Shown here: piece by piece, positions 12,299 through 25,400 of the stretch
How the letters are laid out: each line of letters starts with the position of its first letter
Position numbering within the stretch: the first letter of the stretch is position 1
Notes under the pieces: generated by a model
The model's database searches: none
What the model was told of the DNA's origin: nothing
What the model saw: only the letters and a program-made list of their open reading frames with translations
Position numbers and translations under genes: made by a program
Assembly: GCA_040357565.1 (NCBI GenBank)
Contig: JBDODJ010000021.1
Strand: one strand, 5' to 3'
DNA: 64,000 nucleotides
Origin: Cercozoa sp. M6MM
Lineage: Eukaryota > Protista > Endomyxa: Ascetosporea

Positions 12299-14132
12299 AT
12301 GACTCGGAGGTTCGCACGAGTGGAAGGGAGCTTTAAACTGAGCGCAGGTTTGCAGCCGAAAACGTCCTCAAGCTGCGACGAGTTTGGGCGAAAGCTGGGC
12401 TGTCTTTCTTCAATCGGTGAACAAATTCCGCCAAAACTCCGTACAGCGTACTACAGTGGCAGGGACGGATCACTCAACCCTGCCTTTGGAGCAAGTCTCG
12501 ACGAATTTGACCGCCCGCATCGATACGAAGAGAATGCCGAGCAGGCTCTCAAAAGCGACAGTCACAACCTTCTCATGCCAGAAGCTCGAAGAATCGTGTC
12601 CGCGCACGGTATCGGCGGTCACACGCAGGATATTCATCATAATACCAAACATCGACGGCAGCCTCTTGACGGAAGGTACTCGAGGAGTGGCCAGGTGAAG
12701 ACTATCGATGAACTTGGAGGAGTGGATGCGGTTTTAAAGCCAGAGTTTGCCCATCGCGAAGCGCGAATTGAGCAGCACGAGCCCAACATTTTGCGCTTAG
12801 GGCAACTTGCAACAGACGAACTCGATGCAGACTTGCGGGATTTGGTGACTGGTGGTGAGCGAATTCGCCAACTATCGCGTCACAAGCGAGGGTTTCCAGG
12901 TAGCATGTGTTTCTTGGTGCAGTACACTAATGACACATTTAATCCGCGAGCTGTTTACCATTACAACATTATCGTAGAAAAGAAGTACCAGACCTCAGGA
13001 GAGCCAGTATTTCGGTCCTCAAAGCGGCATCTTCGTTCCGCATGCGAATATCGCAATCAACTGAGGTTTGGTGTCACTGGACTGGTAGCAGACCCGCTCG
13101 ACATGCGAACGAAGAAACAGCGGCGTCACGAAAGCAGAGACAGTTTTCCTCACTTTCTTTCGAGCGACGGTGTCCGAAACACCCTCGAGGGCAAAGGCGA
13201 TGTTGCGGAGTTCGAACGTCCAATTCGCCGACAGCATTACGCTCAGCACATCCAAAACTCACACAATGTCACCGAACTGCTGTGTGAATCCGAAGCTTAT
13301 GGAACTGAACTTCCATGGCACGCAGCACGAGGAATGACGCGAGGCCTCGGTGGGGCGAGCGAACCGTGTTCTTGGTGATTTCGCATCCCTGCCTGCTTCC
13401 ATTCTATTTTCCTGGCAGTCGCAGTATGATACACTGTGCTTGCAGGCGAATATTCGACGAAGAGTTGGCAGAAGAGGTCCAGGCGCAGCGAGAAGCAATC
13501 AAGCGTCGTCGGAAACAACGCGAGTCGGTCCTCACTCACTTGTCGCGTAAGGACGAAATCGCTCCACCTGTCACACCAGACATGTCGCAATCACGGTCGG
13601 TGTCCGAGCATCCGCTTGAGTCTCCTGACAGTCTACGCTCACGATCGCGGATGTCTGGCACATCCGTCGACGAAGAAGTGACGCAGAAGCTTGGCTCTTC
13701 GCCATCCCGGTCGCGTGCATGCAGCAACACTGGACGCCCAGTTTCGCGCCTCTGCACGCGCTCGTTAGCACCTCGCGACACGCCGCTGGCGAGTCGATCC
13801 GAATACGACACAGATGCTTTGGTACGCTTCCATTACAGCATTTGTGGATGGAAGAACACTTGCTCTGACAGGACCAGTCCGCTCGTGATGTCATCAACTA
13901 TCGTGTAAGACGAACTCTATTAATCGCTGCCTCGTAATATTACTGTATGTCCTGTGGAGAACTGTAGTTCTCTGGCGGTGTCTGCCCTCGGCATCGCGAG
14001 TTTGACAGCGGTGGGCACTTGCGAGGCCAGGAGCTCGAGCAGCACAGGGCGGTTCTCGTATCGTCGGCACAAGGCGAGCTGCAGCGCACACGTTCCATCG
14101 CGAGAATGGCTCGCTCACGCTGGCACAAGTGA
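12299..14132 (+). CDS. Hypothetical, largely hydrophilic/disordered protein with a ~1-kb first exon
   Basis: 359-aa ORF, then GT-AG-joined exons (RIFDEELAEEVQAQREAIKRRRKQRE coiled coil; last exon ...ARMARSRWHK*). No family recognised. Confidence 0.6.
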
Positions 14133-14522
14133 CACTAATATAGTCGGCTGCTTTGGATAACAGCACGAGAACTCGGCTGCTTTGTTTGCCAAAAGGGCGC
14201 CACTGACCACATTTTGATGTTTATGTTGTGCATTACAACCGGACAAAGCGCTTCTTCTATGATACTCAGTACTATCCGAGTTTACAAACATCATACTTGT
14301 TGTGGAAACGGTTGTACCAATAAGTGACGGTTTTGCATGTTGCATCAACAACGGGCACAATCACTCATTTTTTCTGTTTCCCACTGAGCCAGAGGACAGT
14401 TTCTCTTTTGACTGGGTCACGTGTGTGCACACCACCAGACCGCGGCGCGCTGCAACAGATATTATAGCAGCACGTACTGGTGTTGTACACAGCGAGACTA
14501 CCGTTGGCCTACAGACGAGACC

Positions 14523-16187
14523 ATGTATCTCGGCCATTTCCTTTTTTGTCGCTGTGAGAGTTTCGTTTCTCACCATCTTCATGTACATCTTCGTGTGACA
14601 AGTATGAGTGCTTAACTCTGCAGGGGCGTCTGTGCGAGTGACAACAGCGAGGAAGCGCAGAGAAAGCGCATGTCGAAGCGCATCGATCAGCAAAATGCGC
14701 GCTCTTTTGACCGGTATCAGACAGTATGTGTTAAAAAAAGGGGGAGGGGTCGCCTGCTTGCTCGAGTGGTCACGCTTGGAATGCTTTCGTACAGAGCGCA
14801 GGAGGTGAAGAAGCTGCTGCTGCTGGGTGCTGGTGAGTCCGGCAAGTCCACGCTGTTCAAACAAATGATCCGCTGCTACGGCAAGGGCTTCACCGATGCC
14901 GAGCGCGCGTCCTTCATCACGGTTGTCCACGCCAACACGTTGGTAAATTACAAAGCAATTCTTGTGTCTCTGTCCTCTTGTCTCAGTGTGTACACTTGTG
15001 TTATTGCTTGCACGCAGGGCGCCATGCAGACACTGTGTACGCAGTCGCAGGAGATGCTTGCAGCAGGTGACGCCGACTGCAAGGTCGCCGCAACCGAGTC
15101 CTTTGACGTATCATACGCTCTTTAACGAACTGAACTTTTTAACTTTTTCTGACTGTTGCTACTTTGGTGTGCTCAGAGGATCCAGAAGGCCTCGCCGGAT
15201 GACCCGGTGACTGAGACGCTCGCTTCCGATATCGAGCTCCTGTGGAAGGATGCTGGTAGAATCACTCATACTCACTCTTTGTTGTGTCGCTGTTACCCTG
15301 CGTGGATCTGTAGGTATCCAGCACACGTTTAGCCGACGCACGGAGTTCCAGTTTCCCGATTCGGCGGAGTATTTCTTTGGTCGTGTCAAGGTGCGTTACA
15401 CCCTTTCCGCCCCTTGTTTCTTCACTCTTTGCCCTGTACCCTGAGGTCTTTAGGCCATCTCGGCGGCGGACTTCATGCCGGACGACCAGGACGTGTTGCG
15501 CACGCGTGTGAGAACCACGGGCATTGTGGAGACATCGTTCGCGATCGATGGCAACGAGTTCAAGCTGTTTGACGTCGGCGGCCAGCGCAACGAGCGCAAG
15601 AAGTGGATCCACTGCTTCGAAGGCGTCACGGCGCTCATCTTTGTCGCCGCTATCTCTGAGTACGATCAGGTGGCTTTCCGTCTGTAGCCCCCCCTCCCAT
15701 TTGGAGTCAGCGTGAGTACCTCTGTATTTAGATGCTGTACGAGGATCACACGACGAACCGCATGGACGAGGCGCTGCGCCTGTTTGACGAGATCTGCAAC
15801 CTGAGGTTTCCCGTCTCTTCGTGTTTTGTGTCAGAGGGGTGAACACGGTTAAACCAATCTCTTCGCACAGGTGGTTCCGCGAGACCTCAATGATTCTCTT
15901 TTTGAACAAGCGCGACCTGTTCGAGGAAAAGATCAAGCACGTGCCGTTGACTGTGTGCTTCCGGAACTACCCGAACGGCGACTCGCGCGATCCTGAACTC
16001 GCCTACGCTTTCTTTAAGCAGCAATTCGAGCAGCTCAACCGCAATCAGGAAAAGTACCGAGCGATCTCATATTTTTCGCTTTTGTCGGATCTGATTTCGT
16101 TGTCCTTTTAGCACGGTGTACACGCATATCACGTGCGCCACGGACAAGAACAACATCTTCCACGTGTATGACTGTCTGCCCCCCCCC

Positions 16188-16240
<53 letters not shown>

Positions 16241-16330
16241 CCTCCTTTATCTGCCTTTCGGTGCAGGTTTAACTCGGTGAAAGACATCATTATTACGCGA
16301 TCGTTGCGAGGCATGGGCCTCATGTTGTGA
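14523..16330 (+). CDS. GPA: Heterotrimeric G-protein alpha subunit
   Basis: MGVCAS (myristoylation/palmitoylation-type N terminus), [62 protein letters not shown] and HITCATD. The start codon is split AT|G, with the AT at either 14523 or 14581. Confidence 0.97.
16190..16237 (+). repeat. (CA)n microsatellite after a C-run in the last G-alpha intron
   Basis: Direct observation. Confidence 0.95.
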
Positions 16331-16769
16331 GCCACGTTGTGCACACACCCACAAGCACAGCCACATACTCCCACGCTCAGTCGACAGTCGTATCATACCC
16401 GCCTCAGCAGCAGAATTTTTGTCAGTCACACAAACCCGTCTCGTTGTTTCTCTCTCTCTCTCTCTTCGCTTTCTCTGCGCCGACATCGCATGACGTACCG
16501 TGGTGTTCGTGACCTCGTCGCGATCCGGTCGCGTTACTAGCTCCAGATCGCGTTTATGCTTTGCGTTGTCGTGGCGTCATGGTACAGTTGCGTTGTGTTG
16601 CGCTACAAGCAATGAACTGAAAAATCTATCTTATTATCGTGTACTTAAGAAAGCGTTTTCACGATCAGCTAATCGAATTTATACCGCGCCGGCGGCCCAG
16701 CGCACGCATTGCGGGTGCAAGGAAACGAAACCCGAAGCGTCTTCCGGTTCGCCGTACATTCGATTTTTC

Positions 16770-19700
16770 TTACACGGGCACACTTTTGATGTTCGCGGTC
16801 ACGGGCCCCGGTGAGCTCGAGTGTGGCTCGGGCGCATCATGGTCGTTTTGCATCTGCAGTTCGAAGGTACCAGTCCCTTGAGTGTTGGCGAGGTTGCTAT
16901 GCTGGCTGCTACTGTGACTGGCTGCAGAAGGCGACTGCACGTGCTCGGGCATGAGGGCCGGTTGAGGTTGCGGCACCGGGAACGTGCCCGTCAGTGGGTT
17001 GCCGTATAGGCTGAGGGAGCCGCGACGACGTGTTAGAAGAGGAGGATCTTCGATGTCTTCGTCCGAATCGTCCGAGTGTTCAGCAAACGGCGACTGATGC
17101 GAGAATTCGCGCATTGCTTCGCGGAGTCTGAACAAGAGAATTCCTTAGCTTCTTGGGAAACACTGAAATGAACGGGAAAGGAACCCATCGACGTGGAACT
17201 CGGCGAGTGCAAGATGGAGAGCCGACCAAGAGAACGTGAGCTCCAAGAAGTTCACCTCGTTGGTTCGCCCGGGTGTGATTGTCCTGCTCAAGAGTACTCA
17301 GTTCAGTACAACGCTCGTATCAGTCCGTACTATATCTGATGTACTCGAGCTCAACGAGGACTGGAAGGTACTTGCGTCGACGGAAGCCGAGTCTTCAAGC
17401 ATACCGAAATGTACCATAAGTTGCAAAACATGGCACCAAACTCACTACAGTACCTGAACTTGTGCTTTGCCTTCGTTGCCTTGCCTTTCTGACTCGAGAC
17501 AGCAGGTACAGGAGGTGTGAGACTCAAGGCTTCGTTCTGCAGCTGCGCATAGGCGTCAACGCGGATCTGGAGTCCTTTCGCCATCAAGGCGAGCTGCAGC
17601 AGTTCCTGCTGGTCGCTCTGTCAAAAAGTGCGCACCTTGACTCTATAAGTAACTCGGGCGGTGATACAACACAACTGTGTACCACGACACGTGCGAAAGC
17701 TGCTTTGCACAAACTGTCGCCCGACAGGATTGCTTGCATCGTTCTGGCGGCGGCTTCGGTTTCTGTAATAGCCACGCGCACCTTGAACAACTCTGACGTA
17801 AAACTACTTACTGCAGGCCAGTACTGTACCAGCAAACATCTTGCCAAAGTCGAGTTTCTCCGCTTGCGCACGTGTGCGCCGTCTTGAGTGTTCCAGCAGC
17901 AAAGGTAGCTGAAAGCAATATGTAAGATTCGGCAATATGGACAATAGGTATAAGTAAGTTTAAAACTACGTTGGTTTGCAGCGTCGAGTATGCCGCTTTC
18001 GTGTAATCGGTTAGATAGGCCGTGGTTGCATCTATTTGGTTGACAAAAAGGCAAGCGAAAGACATCAAAGTCTGTTTAAATTTGAAGAGATATGACGGAC
18101 TGAACTCACCGCGAACTTCGCTACTGGCGTCGTGGAGACTTTCCTCAAGCAGCATGACGAAGCCAAAGGTAAGACCTCGCATGCCAGGCGGCATTGCGTC
18201 CCAGGAAGCTGCGATTGCTCGTGCGCCCTCAAGCATGGAGAGGTACACCCTACATACACGCCAGAGTACATTCCGAGGGTAAACAAAGTGAGCGCGGATG
18301 AGACGCACTGGTAATCTGGCACTTCTGCTTCGTCGGCCTCGAGGATAGGCAGCGGGTTGAGGCCACAGTCAGCTCGGAAGTCATTGACACCTGGAGCCAT
18401 AAGTGTTACGATTAAGCAAGCACCCTCCGTATCTTTCAGCTTAGAGCCCAAAATACCTTCAAGCAGATCCTGCAGCATCGCTTGCCGGTGGTTCAGTTTC
18501 GCCGCGCTAGCTTCTCTTGCCATTTGAACTGAAGGCATCACATACAGTCACAAGATGTAAAAAGTTGATTATTAGTAAGTCGAACTCGACAAATACCAAT
18601 GGTGGGTACTTCGGTAAACCAAGAAGCGACAATCTCGTGGAGACTCTCGTGGAACCAGTCCCTGGTTAAACCAACATTAAACTAACTAATCCTGCAAATA
18701 AAGGTTCGTGTACATGTGCATCGACATCACACGCGACACGAGACTGCGCCAGTTCGCATCAGAGGCGTACATCGATCGCCAGTCGGAGATCAGCGTCGCT
18801 GCAGGTGCAAGCAGGTCGCTGTCTGTCAGCAGCGCCGGGGATCCGTTGATGATTGAACGCAACTGCGAGATCTGGTGCTTCAGGATCACTGCACAGTAAG
18901 CGATCGCGGAGGGAGTCCAAACTTTATAGAAATCAAGCTGGGTAAAATACTGCTGCGCAGGAGGTGAATTGGCTTTTCGGTGAGCGTTAAAATGGAGAGT
19001 TCGAACTCGAACTGCCCACTCCGACCTGCTTGCTTCACCAGCGCCTCTCGCAGTACCCTGTGCTTAGTAAGTTTAAACACGTTCTTGCAGTTCTCTGAAA
19101 GAGAAAACAGTCAACTGTAAACTTACCGAATCACTTTCTCGGCATCAGCAAAGACCGTGAAAGGAGACAGCTCGTACTCCGAGTCCAACATGAACTTGGC
19201 AATCTCTCGCACCGACGTACGCATCATTTGCGCTCGAACCAGCAACGACTAACAGCAAAGCAGGCATGTGTTTTTTCTTCGCCAAATACACAAAACAAAG
19301 TGAATAACTGAAGCATACAACATGAAGAAGAAAGGCGCGCAATCTCGCAGCTGCGACAAGTCGCAACTCGCTGTTTGTGACGGCAAAGTCGTTGATCGAG
19401 TTGGTTCGAGTTAAAGCCAGAGCGTCGCAGACATCAGAAGACAAGAGAATTGCATCAAAGACGAACAGTCGGGCCAATGAAATAGCAGTGTCTGCGTTCT
19501 GCACACAACGTAAATCATGGACAGTAGAACTCGGCAACAGTAGAGAACTAAACTGCACTCAGCTGTACCTCGATCACTTTGACCTTGTGCATCTTGTCGC
19601 TGTTGCTCTTGCTGCTGCTGGAACGGGTGGAGCCGATACTCGTCGTGGTGGTGCGCACCGTCGAGGCAGTGTCGACCGTGCTGATTGCGGAAGAGTGACC

Positions 19701-20050
19701 CGTGCGAGCCCAGACGTCGTGCAGCACGCCAAAAACTTTGTTCACAACGATGCTCTGCATGCTTGCAACATCAGTGCGAACTTGCGCAACTTCGGGGAAC
19801 GCATGGTTGAGCCATTCACTTCCAGTGCCTTGCCAGGCAGCTTGAAGTGTAGCTGGCGACAGGAACTTTGCGAAGTGCGCTTGGAATTCGGTGAGGTCTT
19901 GCTGCATACATTGTTTCGTCTCGTCAGTTAGATTCTGGGTTCACCGGCACTCGCAAAAAAGTTGTTTACTTGTTACCTGAGGCGTCGCGTCCGGTTGGCT
20001 TGAAAGGACCCGCGAAGCAGTCACACATGAACATGCAACGAGAAGAACGG
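16770..20050 (-). CDS. Multi-exon hypothetical protein (helical N-terminal region, low-complexity C terminus)
   Basis: A series of minus-strand ORF fragments with plausible GT-AG boundaries (e.g. MQQDLTEFQAHFAKFLSP..., LREALVKQAGRSGQFEFEL..., HRQAMLQDLLEGILG...). Start not resolved. Confidence 0.6.
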
Positions 20051-20772
20051 CACTCCACATGGCAACACTGTGTCGTACACTACGCTTCCATTCAGTACAT
20101 CTCTTCCTCCGTTTTGCCACTTGCAGCGCAACTGCCGAAAATCCGAAGTCCGGCCTGCAGCTGCCGAATTTTACGGACGAGTCGCAACTTCCAGGTTCTT
20201 ATGGCTGTTTTGGTGCGATTCGAACTTTGCTAGGTTGTAGTGCCCAAACAATTTCAAGCGAAAGCAGTCGGAGATACATGGCTCCCGCGCGGGAGTCTCC
20301 AGTCTGCATAGTGGCAGCATACTGTAGTGCATGAATGCCGGCGTCACTCACTGTTATATATAAATGTCGTAATGGCCGGGATCCAGACAAATTCGACGAA
20401 CTGAAGATACCGCACGGTAACCTAACCGTAACTGACAGCCGAGTTGAGGAATATTGGTGCGTATCTAACATTTTTGGCTCAGTTTCTGCAGGGCACTGAT
20501 CCGCCATTAACCCGAGTGGATGGGAGCTACCGTACCGGACGGTACAACGTATGTTATTATTAAATTTAAATGCAACACTGGTACGGTACTTGCGCTGGTG
20601 CTCGTCGCGTGCTAGCGACGCTAGTGGTCAAAGTTTCGGTTGCATAGCGCGGCACCACGCACACAGAGCGGCCGAATCCGATTGAGTGCGACACGGACAC
20701 AGAAGTTATGTGGTGCCACTGCAAAAGCAGTCCCGTCATCCAAGCAAACAGGCGCCTGGGAACTGGAAGGTT

Positions 20773-21791
<1,019 letters not shown>

Positions 21792-22452
21792 TTTGAGAGA
21801 GGAAGTGGCTGCAAGCTAGCAAACACTGTCAGTGGAGCCTCTAGCACAGCGTGGAAACGTCGCAGACTGCACAAAGTAGCCAAGAACGAATAGCCATTTT
21901 TCCGGCGTTGAAGAATCTCAGTCGGATTTTTCGCTTGTCGTTGTTAAAATTTGTTGTGCTTGGCACCAATCGTTGTATATCAAGCTAGGCACACCTTAAC
22001 GCAGGTAGCAATTGCAGAACAGTTTGCAAAGTCTGAAGAAATAATTTTGCATGTTTCAACAATCGCAGATCTCTCTGTTCCGTAGTGTTAGCACATGGAG
22101 ATACGCACAGAAGAGGACATTAGCCGCGCGCTGTTGCGAGTGGCCGGTGCGGAGTCAGATGATTCAGTGAAGCGGTACTATACAGTTTTATTACAGAGAG
22201 GTCCGCGAAATGCTTGTTTGTAGTGCTGTCGCAAGTGTGCTTCCTGGAGCACTTCACGCTCTTGCAGTGGCCGAAACAAACAGAGATGGTAGAACTGAGC
22301 TTGCGGTTAGTTTTTGTGTTAATGATACAGTTTTTACAGTTTCGTTTCGAAATGGCGTGTTGAGTGTGTTGTCGCAAATCTCGCTTCAGTTGCCACGTGC
22401 TCGCGTACCTTGACTCTGTCTCAGATTGCTGTCGTTGCTAATATTCACTCGA

Positions 22453-25400
22453 ATGCAGATACCAGCGACAACGGTGAGCGAAATGTCGCTTCCGTCGACA
22501 CCAATGGCTTTGAACACGTTTCTAGGTATAGTTACATTTAGTATATTCTTTGATTTATCCGTCTCATCACCTCTTGTTTGTTTGTTCCTTCCGTGAACTC
22601 AGTGTTTCTTCAAAAAGCGATTGAAAACGACAACGACGAAAGCAGTGCTGCGATGGCACTCAAGCATGCGACTCATTTTGTTCCGACTCTCGCGCGTGAG
22701 CAGAGTGTACCACTTTGAGCTTTTCAAAAAGGTGTCTGCACTTGACTGAAGTTATTGTAGCTCAAGTTGGCCGCTGTGATTCTTCGCATTGGCGCGAAGT
22801 TTGATGCTTCGGAACTTTTGGCGCCTTCAGTGTACACACATCGTGACAACCACTTATACATTTCAGAGTTTTTATTTTTTTGCTGGTAGCACGAATGAAG
22901 TCGTTTTTGCTTTCACCGAATTCGTGCTGACGCAATCACGACCGCTGGAACTTCTGTTGCGCCGATTCTTGCTTCAGCTTTCGCTTCGTTTGTCCGCTGA
23001 CAATGCTTGGATGTACACTTGCTTTGAGTTGAGTTGAGTTGAGTTGAGTTGAGTTGAGTTGAGTTGAGTTGAGTCGCTTTAAATTTGATTGGAGGTGCTT
23101 TTGAGCTGAGGTTGTCTTGACATGTGCAGACTGCGCACATTCACGCTGTTTGTGACCGACAATGACTACACGTCGATTTCGACCGAAAGCGAGCGTGCCG
23201 AGTCGACTGCTCCCGACTGTAACAAGTTACATCTCCTCTGACTGTTGAATTAAAAAAAAACGCTTTTTGTAGTGAAGAAATCAGTTCCGGTGGCGCGATT
23301 CTGCTTGAACACACTTCTAAAAGACGCAAGCGACGGCTGCTTACGCCGAACAAGCACCCTCAAAGCACACGATCGGTATGTCACTAGAACTTCTCGAAAT
23401 AGCACAGCACAAGTGATACCCTCTGCGTGTTGGGCAGATTGTGGCGTATGGCATCGAAAGACAACGTTGTCTGCGCGAACTTGTTTCCTCTCAACTTGCG
23501 GTACACAAGTTGAGTTCAGCAAACCGTTTAGACAAAAGAGTTGTATTTTCAGAGTGCTCGTGGCGCTGGCGCAAGAGTCAGCTCTGTGCACACGTGCGCA
23601 GGTGCGTCAAGGTGCCAGTGCACTGATCGCGTGCTGTGCCAAACAGATGCATCCTCGAGGTACACAGTTTGCGGTCGAGTTTGCTCTGTTAGATTCCGGT
23701 TTTGCAGTGTTGCAAGCTGCGCATCAGCCGATTTTGCGCTTCTTGCAGATGCAGCAAACACTCTTCTCTCACGCTGAATCGCTGCGACTGCGAGCGCTGT
23801 TCGCCTTGCGAGTCGGCACTGCTGTACTGTGATGCTGACTCTGTTTCTAACCTCTTTTACAATATCGCTCGCGTTTTTCAGGACACGACTTTATTGTTGC
23901 AAACCGCGCGGAAACTTGCTGAAAACGGGAGTGAAAAGTCGTTTTTGACCGCGTTTGCTGGTGTGGTTTTTGCTTTGTTTTTCTCATGATTCTGAGTTTT
24001 GATGTCCTTATTTTCAGTTGCACTGGATGCGGTGTTTGTCGAATTCAACGGCAAGAACGAAATCGATCGCGAACGAGCGCAAGTTGTGAAAAACGCGCTG
24101 CTTGGCGTTCTTTCGATGTATCGTTCGACTTGTTTAAACTCAAGTTTCGCTTTGCTAAGTGTTTCTATCATCGTAGTTTGGTGGACACGAGTGCACGAGG
24201 TGTTCAGGTGTGCTGCAAGGCACTGGGTCGTTTGATCCATGTGTCACCGTCTACAGAAGCGATGGTGCGCATGATGTCTCTGGCAGCGCAACAGCAAAAA
24301 CAGGTCACTGACGGTGATCACGATGGTGACTCCATGATCGCGGTGGTCACTGGTGTCTTGACACGTGTCTATCTGGAGGGTGACGGGGCTTTAAAACCTC
24401 TGTCGTTGCCTCCTGTCTCCGATGATTCGAGTGACGAGTTTTTCGAAACTGTTTTGACACGCGCTGAGTGGACACATGCACTCTTGTCGCACATCGCAAA
24501 GGTTCATTCGCTTCAGTTGAGTGTTTTTGGTTTATCTTTGCATATTCTCACAGTCACCAAAGAAGTACGGAATCTTGCTACACAAAGTGCTGCCGGTTAT
24601 TTTGACGTCTGCCACGGTTCGCACGGCACTGAATTTGCGTATTTTGCGGCGCTGTCTGACGCCAGAAGCTCGCTTGAGTGATGAAACGCTCGCTGCGGCT
24701 TTGTCGGATCAGTCTGAAGTCGAAGCGAGTGTGCGAAAAGAACTACTTGACACTCTTGGCGTGCTTGCGCAGTTTTCGACCGCTTCTGTGGTGTACACGG
24801 TACTTTCGATACAGTTGAAACTGGAACGCACACACTTTCGCTCTTGTTTCTCAATGCAGGTCGAAATTGAAGAAACCGACATGCACATGTCACTTCTTAA
24901 ATACCGCGTATACCCCGATCTCCTCACCATAGAAGGTACTTCATTCTTAATTGAACCTTGTGGTATTCGAGCAATCGAGTAGTGCTGCACAAGTGCATCG
25001 CACACATCGAAAGCAACTTGACCGCAAGCGACATGGACGCTTGCGTGAAGCTGGTTCAGCTTTGTCTCACCAGTCAAACCAAGCAGTTTGAAATCCAGTC
25101 TGACGTGTACAACAGCGCGTTGTGCTGTCTGTTGCTAAACATGCGAAACATGGCACACACTGCTGCTCAGGCCGCGCATATCTGGTTAGTTTTCTTGATT
25201 TCCGCCCGAATGCTTAAAAATACAAGGTTTTTGTTTGTTCAGTTTGATCAACACGCTCAACGAACGTGTCTCCGAAAAAACAATCGCTGCGTTGAAAAGC
25301 TCGATCAAACAAATGCATCTGCCGCGTCGAACCATTGCTGTATGATGCTTTTGTCGAGTTTGAAGCTCGCAGAGTTGATTTTCACAGGTGGAGGAAATGG

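Noticed and set aside
16405-16430. Sm-site-like AATTTTTG suggesting an snRNA
   Set aside because: It lies in the G-alpha 3' region with no recognisable snRNA stems or conserved motifs.
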